Source: Anaeramoeba ignava BMAN (lineage: Eukaryota > Protista > Anaeramoebae). Taken from it: DNA of 64,000 nt. Under the pieces are notes generated by a model that saw only the letters and a program-made list of their open reading frames with translations, had not been told where the DNA came from and ran no database searches. The position numbers were made by a program, and so were the translations under genes. Positions 39,396 through 50,119 of the stretch are shown here, one piece after another (position 1 is the first letter of the stretch; each line of letters begins with the position of its first letter). The stretch is taken from NCBI GenBank assembly GCA_028826165.1, contig JAPDFW010000083.1:1-64000 (forward strand). The letters are read 5' to 3'.

Positions 39396-41178
39396 TAAAA
39401 GATGAAAATATTTATAAAAAGTTGATTTACTAAATGGTTCTGACCAATAAAGAACTGGAGTTATTCCCACAATTATAATATATTCACTTAAATATACAAT
39501 AAAAAGTGGAATCATATATTTAAGAACTATTTTTAAAAGTCTAAATTTTTCACAAAAATTCATTTGATTTGGAGTTTTTCTTTTGATAATTTCATTTTCA
39601 AAACTGTCAAGATCGCTTTCAAATTGATTTTGATTTTGATTTTGATTTTCATTTTCTAATTGATTTTGATTTTGATTTTGATTTTGATTTTCATTTTCTG
39701 ATTGATTTTGATTTTGATTTTGATTTTGATTTTGATTTTGATTTTGATTTTGATTTTGATTTTGATTTTGATTTTGATTTTGATTTTGATTTTGATTTTG
39801 ATTTTGATTTTGATTTTGATTTTGATTTTCATTTTGATTTTGATTTTGATTTTGATTTTGATTTTGATTTTGATTTTGATTTGGATTTTGATTTTGATTT
39901 TGATTTTGATCACTTTCGAGATTACTACTATCAAGATCGTTTTCAAATTCACTTTGATTTAGATTTTCAAATTCAATTTCATCTTGATGAATTTTTTCTT
40001 GATCATCTTCTAATTTTTGATATTTTTGAAATTTAATTACTGATCGATCCAAAAGTAGAAAATAACAAAGAATTATTCCAAATGGAAGAAATGAAATGAT
40101 AATTAGTGATGCTTCATCAGTTGATTCAATCCATTCAGTTAACGCAATATAAGTAAGACTTCCTAAAAGAGCAGCAGCTCCTGTTCCATAAAGCCAATAT
40201 GAGATAATTTCATTATAAAAACTTGATAGTGAAAGAAAAATAACATGACTAATTCCACTTGCTATTGAAGACATAACAATACCAACTAATTGAAGGGATG
40301 TTGATTTAAAAAAAGCTGCAAAATAACATCCAGTGGAAGATAACAAAACAACAAAAATCACTTTAGTATTATAAGAAAAGTAATACATAAAAAATGGAAA
40401 AAACATTTTAGCAATCATCATTGGCAACATATCACAAAGAAGAATCATTCCTTTTGAAATATTGGAATTGGAAAGAACATCACCAGCTGATGAAAGGAAT
40501 ATATTTGTATATAAATTATTGAAAAGTGCAAATATAAAAAAAGCAAATTTACTTTTTTTATTTGAATTTTTTTGAATTGAATTTTGGATTGATTTTGTTT
40601 TAAATTTTGATTTTGATTTTGATTTTGATTTTGATTTTGATTTTAATTTTGATTTTGATTTTGATTTTAATTTTGATTTTGATTTTAATTTTAATTTTGA
40701 TTTTAATTTTAATTTTGATTTTGATTTTGATTTTGATTTTTTTTGTGATAAAGTTTCAATTAAGTTTTGAGCTGCTTCATTTTCATTTTCACTCTTATTT
40801 TCCCTCTCATTTTGATTTTCATTTTCACTTGCACTTGGGAAATTTTTGTTATTTTTTATTTGAAGAATTATATTTTTTTCATTTTCACTACTCTCCATTT
40901 TTTTTAAATTAAATTAAATTTAAACTAATTTGAACTAATAAAAATTTGTTTTTTTTTAGAAGAAATAAACTAAAATAAAACAAAAAAGAAAATGAAAAAA
41001 ATGAAAGTTTTTTTTTTGATCTTTTTAAGTTTAATTTTTTGGAAAATGATAAAAAAAAATTTTCCAATTAAAAAAGGAGAATTAAAATGAGAATTAGAAT
41101 TAAAATGAAAAATGAAAATTAAAATTAAAATTTATGATTAAAATTAAAATTAAAAAAAGAATGAAAATTAAAATTTTG

Positions 41179-43032
41179 TTAATATTTCTTATTTGAATTT
41201 AACCAAGGTTCAACAAATAAAGAAAATATTCCTGCAAGAACCATTCCTATTGTATCAGCCATACTTGTTGATCCCATTGCAAATTCTCGATAAATTGGTT
41301 CAATATATTTTGAAATATTCCAAAATGCATTTGCATAAACTCCTCCTCCAAGTAATCCAACATAAAGAATAACAATAAAAACAAGATACCAAGTAAAAAA
41401 TCTATAAATTCCCATAAATAACATAAATATTAAGTTTATTGCTTGAAGTCCTGATGGTATCCAAATTCTTCTAACATGAATAAACCTAATACTTAATCTT
41501 GAAATTAAAACTCCAATTTGATATAAAAGTTGAAAATATTTATAAAAAGTTGATTTACTAAATGGTTCTGACCAATAAAGAACTGGAGTTATTCCTACAA
41601 TTATAATATATTCACTTAAATATACAATAAAAAGTGGAATCATATATTTAAGAACTATTTTTAAAAGTCTAAATTTTTCACAAAAAGTCATTTGATTTGG
41701 AGTTTTTCTTTTGATAATTTTGTTTTCAAAACTAATTTCTTTTTCATTTTCATTTTCATCACTATCAAGATTATTACTATCAAGATTATTTTCAAATTGA
41801 TTTTCATCCAATAAATTTACATTTGGATATAAATTTCCATTTTGATTTTGATTTTGATTTTGATTTTGATTTTGATTTTGATTTTGATTTTGATTTTGAT
41901 TTTGATTTTGATTTTGATTTTGATTTTGATTTTCATTTTGATTTTGATTTTGATTTTGATTTTGATTTTCATTTTGATTTTGATTTTCATTTTGATTTTG
42001 ATTTTGATTTTCATTTTGATTTTGATTTTGATTTTCATTTTGATTTTGATTTTGATTTTGATTTTGATTTTGATTTTGATTTTGATTTTGATTTTGATTT
42101 TGATTTTGATTTTGATTTTGATTTTGATTTTGATTTTGATTTTGATTTTGATTTTGATTTTGATTTTGATTTTGATTTTGATTTTGATTTTCATTTTCAT
42201 TTTCATTTTCAAATTCACTTTGATTTAGATTTTCAAATTCAATTTCATCTTGATGAATTTTTTCTTGATCATCTTCTAATTTTTGATATTTTTGAAATTT
42301 AATTACTGATCGATCCAAAAGTAGGAAATAACAAAGAATTATTCCAAATGGAAGAAATGAAATGATAAATAATGATTTTTCAACACTTAATCCAATCCAT
42401 TCAGTTAATGAAATATAAGTAAGACTTCCTAAAAGAGCAGCAGCTCCTGTTCCATAAACCCAATATGAAACAATTTCATTATAAAAACTTGCTAAAGCAA
42501 GAAAAACAACTTGACCAGCTCCATTTGCTATTGAAGACATTGAAATACCAACTAATCGAAGTAATGTTGATTTGAAAAAAGCTGAGAAATAACATCCAAC
42601 AAAAGATAATACAACAACAGAAATCACTTTAATTGTATAAGAAAAGTAATACATAAAAAATGGAAAAAACATTTTAGAAATCATCATTGGAAACATATCA
42701 CAAAGAAGAACAACTCCTTTTGGAAGATTGGAACCAGATAAAATATCACCAGCTGCTGAAACGAACATGTTTATAAATAAATTATTGAGAAGTGCAAATA
42801 TAAAAAAAGCAAATTTACTTTTTTTATTTGGATTTTTTTGAATTGAATTTTGAATTGATTTTGTTTTAAATTTTGATTTTGATTTTGATTTTTTTTGTGA
42901 TAAAGTTTCAATTAAGTTTTGAACTGCTTCATTTTCATTTTCATTTTCACTTTCGCTCTTATTTTCATTTCCAGAATTTTTGTTATTTTTTATTTGAAGA
43001 ATTATATTTTTTTCATTTTCACTACTTTCCAT
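41179..43032 (-). CDS. CLN3: Battenin/CLN3 family, copy 5, with a long intact (QN)n loop
   Basis: 617-aa intact ORF, paralogous to copies 2-4. Confidence 0.9.
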   Translation of the reverse strand: MESSENEKNIILQIKNNKNSGNENKSESENENENEAVQNLIETLSQKKSKSKSKFKTKSIQNSIQKNPNKKSKFAFFIFALLNNLFINMFVSAAGDILSGSNLPKGVVLLCDMFPMMISKMFFPFFMYYFSYTIKVISVVVLSFVGCYFSAFFKSTLLRLVGISMSSIANGAGQVVFLALASFYNEIVSYWVYGTGAAALLGSLTYISLTEWIGLSVEKSLFIISFLPFGIILCYFLLLDRSVIKFQKYQKLEDDQEKIHQDEIEFENLNQSEFENENENENQNQNQNQNQNQNQNQNQNQNQNQNQNQNQNQNQNQNQNQNQNQNQNQNQNENQNQNQNENQNQNQNENQNQNENQNQNQNQNQNENQNQNQNQNQNQNQNQNQNQNQNQNQNQNQNGNLYPNVNLLDENQFENNLDSNNLDSDENENEKEISFENKIIKRKTPNQMTFCEKFRLLKIVLKYMIPLFIVYLSEYIIIVGITPVLYWSEPFSKSTFYKYFQLLYQIGVLISRLSIRFIHVRRIWIPSGLQAINLIFMLFMGIYRFFTWYLVFIVILYVGLLGGGVYANAFWNISKYIEPIYREFAMGSTSMADTIGMVLAGIFSLFVEPWLNSNKKY

Positions 43033-43421
43033 TTTTTTTTAAATTTAAATTTAATTTAAAAAAGCAAAAAAATTTTTTGGTTTCTAAATATGGAAATGAG
43101 ACAAACAAATATGAATAAAAATTAAAAAAAAAAACAAAACAAAAAAGGAAAATGAAAAATATTATTTTAAATTAAAATTAAAAAAAAAGAAGAATGAAAA
43201 TTGAAAATTAAAATGAAAATTAAAATGAAAATTAAAATAAAAATAAGATTTTTTTAATAGTTTTCTCCATAAGAAAATATGGAATGAAATGGATAATTAT
43301 AATTTTCTTTTCTTTTTTATGAAATGAGAATAAATGAAAAAGAAAGAAAAAAGATTTAAAAGAAGTATTTTTTTGGAATAAAAAAAAGGGATGTAAAAAT
43401 GGAATTTAGTGATGATGATAT

Positions 43422-46400
43422 TTAAAGTATTGTAACTTTGAGGACAATAATTAAAATGACAATGCAGCAAATAACACAAGAGCATAAACAACAAAGAACT
43501 TTTCCACGATATTTTTTCCAACCAATTTTGAAGTATTTATCGAGTCTCCAAGGAGCGAAACTTGAGAAGGGACGATCCTAATTAAAATATTTAAAATTAT
43601 TATAAAATTATTTAAAAATAATAAATGTTAATTAAAATTTACAGGCTTGTCAAGAAATGGATCACGATTAGGATCTTTCCTTCCTTTCCCAACAGGAGTG
43701 GCTAAAGCCTCTGCCTCAGTAACAATATCAATCTGGAGCTCAAGAGAGCCTTGTTTGCCATCGAAATTAGGATGGAGAAGATCAATCCACTGGCGTTTAA
43801 TAGATTGTTTTGACTTGAGTTTATAAGCCTTTCTAAAGAACGCTTTAAGATTAATAAGGGATTCACCGATGCTGTCATTTGGGTTAAGAATATCCTCGTC
43901 CCAGAGCTGGAACTTGATTCTGGGAACTCTGTTTGGAAGAACGACAGGGAAAACAAAGCGCCAATTGAAGGAACCTTTTCCGTCAGTTGATCTCCAGTGA
44001 ATATCGCTTCTCTGGCGTTTTCCTTCATTGAGTTGGCAAGTGACGAAGATGTCGCTCATATTCTTATCCTTGAAAACAACGTCCTTTGTGTTCCAAGCAA
44101 CGGCGCGTATCTCGAAGTTCTCCTGCTTTGGGGGTTCAAGGGGTGTTTGGGGTGTGTTGCGCGCCTCTTCTTCTGTCATTATCTCGATCCACATCTCAAG
44201 CTTGCCCTGCGGGTTTGTTGATGTCGGCGCCCATAGAGTGCGGTACTCTACGGGTTTGGGATTCAGTGCTTTCCATTCGTCAGCGAAAAAGCGGTTTTCG
44301 AGATCAACCACTGTGGTGCCGATGAGCTCGTCGGATGATACTGTATCGCGATCGAACACGGAAATCGTCAGATCGCTGTTTCCGGGGATCACGCACGGCA
44401 GTTCGTAACATTTGAAAAATTCGGGACGAAGTGTCCGCTTTTTGTAGTTCTTCCGATCCTTGATTGTCATTTCTTTTGATTTTCCTGTCGAGATCACAAT
44501 GTATGGATCGCTGCTTCCGTTTGAATCCTTCGGTACAAGCGACATCCCGCGCAGAATATACGCCCGCACAACCATCCGTTGCGGACGGAACATCTCGAGA
44601 AGATCGGGCGCGGTCTCAATCTTGGATGTGTCTGTCTCCTCGTATATCTTGAAGTTGCCTTTGAATTTGCCAACAACGCGTTTTGCATTTGGATTTCGTG
44701 ATTTGTCGCGGAACATCTTCTCGAAGAAAGACAATCCGCGAACCTTGCCGCGCGTCAGCTCGTACTCGAGAAACGGGATGTTCTTGAACGTGTGTTCGAG
44801 CTCGTAAGTGCTGCGTTCGCGACCTTTTTTGGGGTCTTGATACGAGTCATCGAATTCCTCTTCTTTTTCTTCAATAAATTCATCAGGAAACTGGTCGCGA
44901 ACCTCAGGAATTGTGCGCAGACCGTGGATCCCGTCGTCGTCAGCTTCATTGTCGAAAATAATTGGAGAAAGAATAAGTTCGTTTGTTTCCTCGATGTTTG
45001 ACGGCACAAGATCGCGCTGCACAACCACGGCATCAAGCGCCTTGTCTGGGTCTTTTAAATCGTCCTCATCAACAACAATTCCATCGACCGTTGCGCCGGG
45101 TATAGTGTCCACAATCGGGGGCAAATTGACATTTTCTAACGGAACATTTGCCCACGGAATGAATTGAGCAAGTGAGATTGCGCCTGTTGCAACAAGTGTT
45201 TTTCCCAGCGAACGCTTGTCGAAAACGCGGATCATAACGGAAGACGCGAAGATGTGGTTGAGCGGGATTTGGACAGGGATGCGGAACACCTTTAGATAGT
45301 TCGGGTTCGCGCCTGATGGCTTTGAAACAGCGTCGGTTGAGAAAATAAACTTTTTGCGCTCTTTGTTTGTTTTGACAGTTCCTTGCGAACAGTCGAATTC
45401 AGCAAGAGGCTGCTTGATCTTGCTCATTCGAAACGGAAGCAACGAGCGCAAACCGACTGCGGAAATCTGCAGAAGACAAGGCTTGAGTTCGGGCTGAAGA
45501 GGCGGTTTGGGGAATAATCCAGCTTCTTCAAGAGGTATTAACTGAAAAGATGCTAGAACCTCTCCGTAAACAACATTCGGGTCATCCACCCATAATTTAT
45601 ACCAACGCGGAGCTGAAGGGAAACGCTTTCCGATCTCGTGTGTTGTGACAGAAAACCTGCCAAGAAAATCATCCGAAGTCACTTGATCCCAATCATAGCA
45701 CATCACAACAACGTCTGGCGCCAGTGTGAGAGGCTCAGGCATATCCGCAACGAGAGTGACAGTCTCGTACCAAGTTGGATACAACGTCTCCTCTTTTCTA
45801 GCTGTTTTTTTTGAAGCCGATCCAAATCTGACAACACAATATGGATCAGAAAATCCTGTCTTATCCGCAGGTGGGAGATCCCGACCCTGGTATATATGCG
45901 CCCGCAGTTCATACCGTCGCATTGGCGGTTTCGCAAGCTTCTGCCGCGGAATCCGCGAAAGTTGTGCTGCTGGTCCGACTTCCAATCTATGCAATAAAAA
46001 CCCTGCAACACTATCTTGTTTGTAAACAGGCGATTTCGGATCCCCTTCAAGCATGCTCCATAACGGCTCCTTCCCCCCGCTTAATGCCTCGCTGAATTTA
46101 TATCTCACATATCCTACTCGTGCTTTCCCTAAAAGTTTGTTCTTGAAATACACATTCAGGAAAATGTCAGGCACTTGCTCAACATCCACAGGAAACTCCA
46201 CCACAAGATCCTTAAGCTGCTCATACCAACTGATCGCGCCTTTCTTTGTCGACATTGTTTTACTGCGCGCAACATGCTTTCCTATTGTGATTTCCACAAA
46301 ACACTTCTCGAGCGCATTCGTGTCAAACTCACTTCCTTCAAAAAGATCAAGTCGCAAAATATACTGTTGTTTTGGGGGATCTCTTGGCGCTTCTGTTGGA

Positions 46401-49400
46401 TCCTTATTAAGACTTGGTTCTGTCGCAAGCTCCGCCTCGAGCGCAATTAACGCTCTTCCTTTATACTCGGTTTCCTCTGTGTGTCCTTTCTTAAACAGCG
46501 TACGTATGTTTCCTTTTGGTGGTCCGTAAAAATTCACCCATCGCGCATTTACTGCTTCCAGTTGCACATCCGTGAACCGAAAGTATGTGCTCGAGATCAG
46601 ATCGTTATCCTTTGTTGCTCGTTCCCAATCATACAACTCAATCTCAATCATATTCGCAAGCGTTGGAGTGTAAACAGGAAGTCGAAGCATTTCGTTCCAA
46701 ATCGGCGTTAATGTTTTTTTTTTCACCTCCGTTCGGATCAATGGATTCCCTGCGAACCTCACTTGAATGAATGGATCCGCCTTTCCAAATGTGTCCATTT
46801 TTGGAAGATCTTCTGCTCGATAGCAATATACTTTCAAATGATATCCTGTTACGTCTAATTGTGGTGGTCGCAGTATCAATTTCTGTAGATCTTGTGTGTC
46901 TTCCACTTCTTCGTCGTCGATTCCGTCGTTTTCGTGTGTGGGTGGTTGATCTCCTGGTCCCAAGTACTACGCATGTTATTTTTAGAAATCCTTGTGATCC
47001 CGTGTAATTGTTCGGATCTACAAGTATTACCCATCGGTGCCATATCTCGTGATTTGGTTCTCCGTGTACAAAACTTGGGTCTAGTTCGTATTGACCCTTT
47101 TTGAAATGAATTTAGATTAATTTTTTAAATCAAATCAATTCAAATCAATTTATTAAATGAATTTAAATGAATTTTTAATTTAAATCAATTTATTAATTTA
47201 AAAAATCAATTCAAATCAATTTAAATGAATTTAAATGAATTTTTTAATTTAGATTAATTTTTTAAATTAAATCAATTTATTAAATTAAATCAATTTATTA
47301 ATTTAAATCAATTTTTTAATTTAATTTAATTTAAATTAATTCAAATCAATTTTTTAAATTAAATCAATTTTTTAAATTAAATCAATTTATTAATTTAAAT
47401 GAATTTTTTAATTTAGATTAATTTTTTAAATTAAATCAATTCATTAAATTAAATCAATTTTTTAATTCAAATGAATTTATTAATTTAAATGAATTTTTTA
47501 ATTCAAATCAATTTATTAAATTAAATCAATTTATTAATTTAAATCAATTTTTTAATTTAAATCAATTTATTAATTTAAATCAATTTTTAATTTAAATCAA
47601 TTTATTAATTTAAATCAATTTATTAATTTAAATCAATTTATTAATTTAAATGAATTTTTTAATTCAAATCAATTCATATCAATTTAAATCAATTTATTAA
47701 TTCAAATCAATTTATTAAATTTAGATTAATTTAAATTAATTCAAATCAATTTATTAAATTAAATCAATTTATTAATTTAAATCAATTTATTAAATTTAAA
47801 TCAATTTATTAAATTAAATCAATTTATTAAATTAAATCAATTTAAATCAATTTATTAAATTAAATCAATTTTTTAATTCAAATCAATTCAAATCAATTTT
47901 TTAATTTAAATCAATTTTTTAATTCAAATCAATTCAAATCAATTTAAATCAATTTTTTAATTTAAATCAATTTATTAATTTAAATCAAATTTTAAAATTA
48001 AATCAATTTTTTAAATTAAATCAATTTAAAAAATTAAAATTTATTAAATTAAATCAATTTTTGGGTTTAAATCAATTTTAACAAAACAAAAATCAATTTG
48101 ATTAATTTAAAAATCAATTTTTAATTTAAATCAATTTTTAATTAAATTAAATTTAATTAAATTAAATCAATTAAATTAAATTTAAATCAATTTTTTAAAT
48201 TAAATCAATTTTAATTTAAATTTAAATTTAATTTATTAAATTAAATCAATTTATTAAATTAAATCAATTTATTAATTAAATCAATTTTTTAAATTAAATC
48301 AAATCTTGTGATTTTCTTACAATAAGAACATTTCTTCGTATCGTATTTGAATCAAATACTTGAATTAACACTTTTTTATGATCAAATTCACTTGGTTTCC
48401 ATTTTGATTGAAAAAACATTAAATGATCAAATGTGCATGATAATGTATTCTTGAATACATGTGTTTTTTGGGTTTTTTTATCAACTGTAACAAAACAAAC
48501 AGGATCACTCATTGCACTTGATCCTCTATTTTCAAAAATATTTAGTATTTATTATTTAATATTTAGTATTTATTATTTTAATATTTAATTTTGTATTTAT
48601 TATTTAATATTTAATATTTAATATTTTGTATTTAATTTTGTATTCTATTTAATATTTAATTTAATATTTATATTTAATATTTAATTTAATATTTAATTTA
48701 ATATTTAATATTGTATTTGATTTTGTATTTAATTTTATTTAATATTTAATTTATTTAATTTTGTATTTATTTATTTTAATTTAATATTTAATTTTAGTAT
48801 TTAATTTTGTATTTAATTTAATATTTAATTTTGTATTTAATTTTGTATTTAATTTAATATTTAATTTAATATTTAATTTTGTATTTAATTTTATTTAATT
48901 TAATATTTAATTTAATATTTAATTTAATATTTTTTATTTATTTTGTATTTTGATTTTTTGTATTAATTTTTATTTAATTTTAATATTTAATTTAGTATTT
49001 AATTTTTATTTATTTAATTTTAATATTTAATTTTATTTAATTTAATATTTTAATTTAATATTTAATTTTGTATTTAATATTTTTTTAATTTAATATTTAA
49101 TATTTAATATTTATTTTTTGTATTTAATTTTTGTATTCAATTTTGTATTTAATTTTGTATTTAATTTTGTATTTAATTTTGTATTTAATTTTGTATTTAA
49201 TTTTGTATTTAATTTAGTATTTAATTTAATATTTAATTTGTATTTAATTTTGTATTTAATTTTGTATTTAATTTTGTATTTAATTTTGTATTTAATTTAG
49301 TATTTAATTTAATATTTGATTTTGTATTTAATTTTGTATTTAATTTTGTATTCAATTTTGTATTTAATTTAGTATTAAATTTAATATTTGATTTTGTATT

Positions 49401-49722
49401 TAATTTTGTATTCAATTTTAAATTTGTAACTTGAATTTTGTTAAAAAATTAATTTATCCCTTTATTATTAAAATTAATTAAAAAAGCAAAATTTTTTTTT
49501 TAAATTATTTCATTTGAATAAATTTTCAATTAAAACGTTGATTTTTGTTTTTTAAAAAAAAATTTTTTAATTATAAATCATTCGTTGTAAAAATTAAATG
49601 GAAAAAAAAATTTATTTAAATTACCTGCCCTTTAAATCCCTACATTCAATAAGATGAACTTGAATTTGAAAATCAGCTCTTCCTCTTCCATCAATATACT
49701 TTGGATCTATTTTTAAAGACAT
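43422..49722 (-). CDS. Ferlin (multi-C2, tail-anchored, no DysF), about 1303 aa, 4 exons; apparent extra base at 46959-46961
   Basis: Exons 49625-49722, 48321-48525, 43643-47096, 43422-43577. GFLKITCVVLGPGD (FerI region), VYCYRAEDLPKMD, YKGRALI, VPDIF (FerB), YELRAHIYQGRDL, GKFKG, IDLENRF-like VDLENRF, QGKLEMWIEI, FNWRFVF, PVGKGRKDPN, C-terminal TM. Confidence 0.93.
47097..48320 (-). repeat. Ferlin intron 2 (1224 nt), about 18-bp AAATCAATTTATTAATTT units (+ strand reading)
   Basis: GTAAGA donor, AAAAAG acceptor, tandem units. Confidence 0.85.
48526..49624 (-). repeat. Ferlin intron 1 (1099 nt), 12-bp AATTTTGTATTT units (+ strand reading)
   Basis: GTAATT donor, AAATAG acceptor, tandem units. 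Confidence 0.85.
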
Positions 49723-50119
49723 TTTTATTTTTTTTAAATTTTTTAATTTTTTTTATTTGGAATTAAAAAGAAAAAAAGAAAAAGAAAAAGAAGAAAAATG
49801 AAAAAATAAATTTTTTAAAAAACTTAAATTAAAAAAGATCTCAAAAGCAAAAAATATTGATTTGGGGGTTTTTTTCTTACAATTTGTTTAATAAAAATTA
49901 AAATAAAAAAAAAAAAACAAAAGATTATTAAAAAATTTTAAAAAATGATTCATTTTGACTTAATTTTATTTTTTTTTTTTTTTGCTTTTTTTAATTTTAA
50001 TTTCATTTTTTTTCTTTTCTTCCAATTCAAATTTAATTAATTAATTAATTTTTAATTGTTTTCTTTTTTTGTTGTTTTTCTTTTAAAATCATTTTCTTTG
50101 ATATAATTTAATTTTTTAA

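Larger units (their letters stand above)
36770..40898 (-). pseudogene. CLN3: Battenin/CLN3 copy 4, interrupted by a DNA transposon at FHLL/YQVG
   Basis: 5' part 39396-40898 reads into the TIR and stops (FHLLG*); 3' part 36770-37116 continues YQVGILISRL; removing the element and one TA restores the paralogue sequence. Confidence 0.9.

Noticed and set aside
43643-47096. GC-rich block as bacterial contamination or a foreign island, including its overlapping antisense ORFs
   Set aside because: It is one exon of a eukaryote-specific ferlin continuous with AT-rich exons; the antisense ORFs are by-products of higher GC
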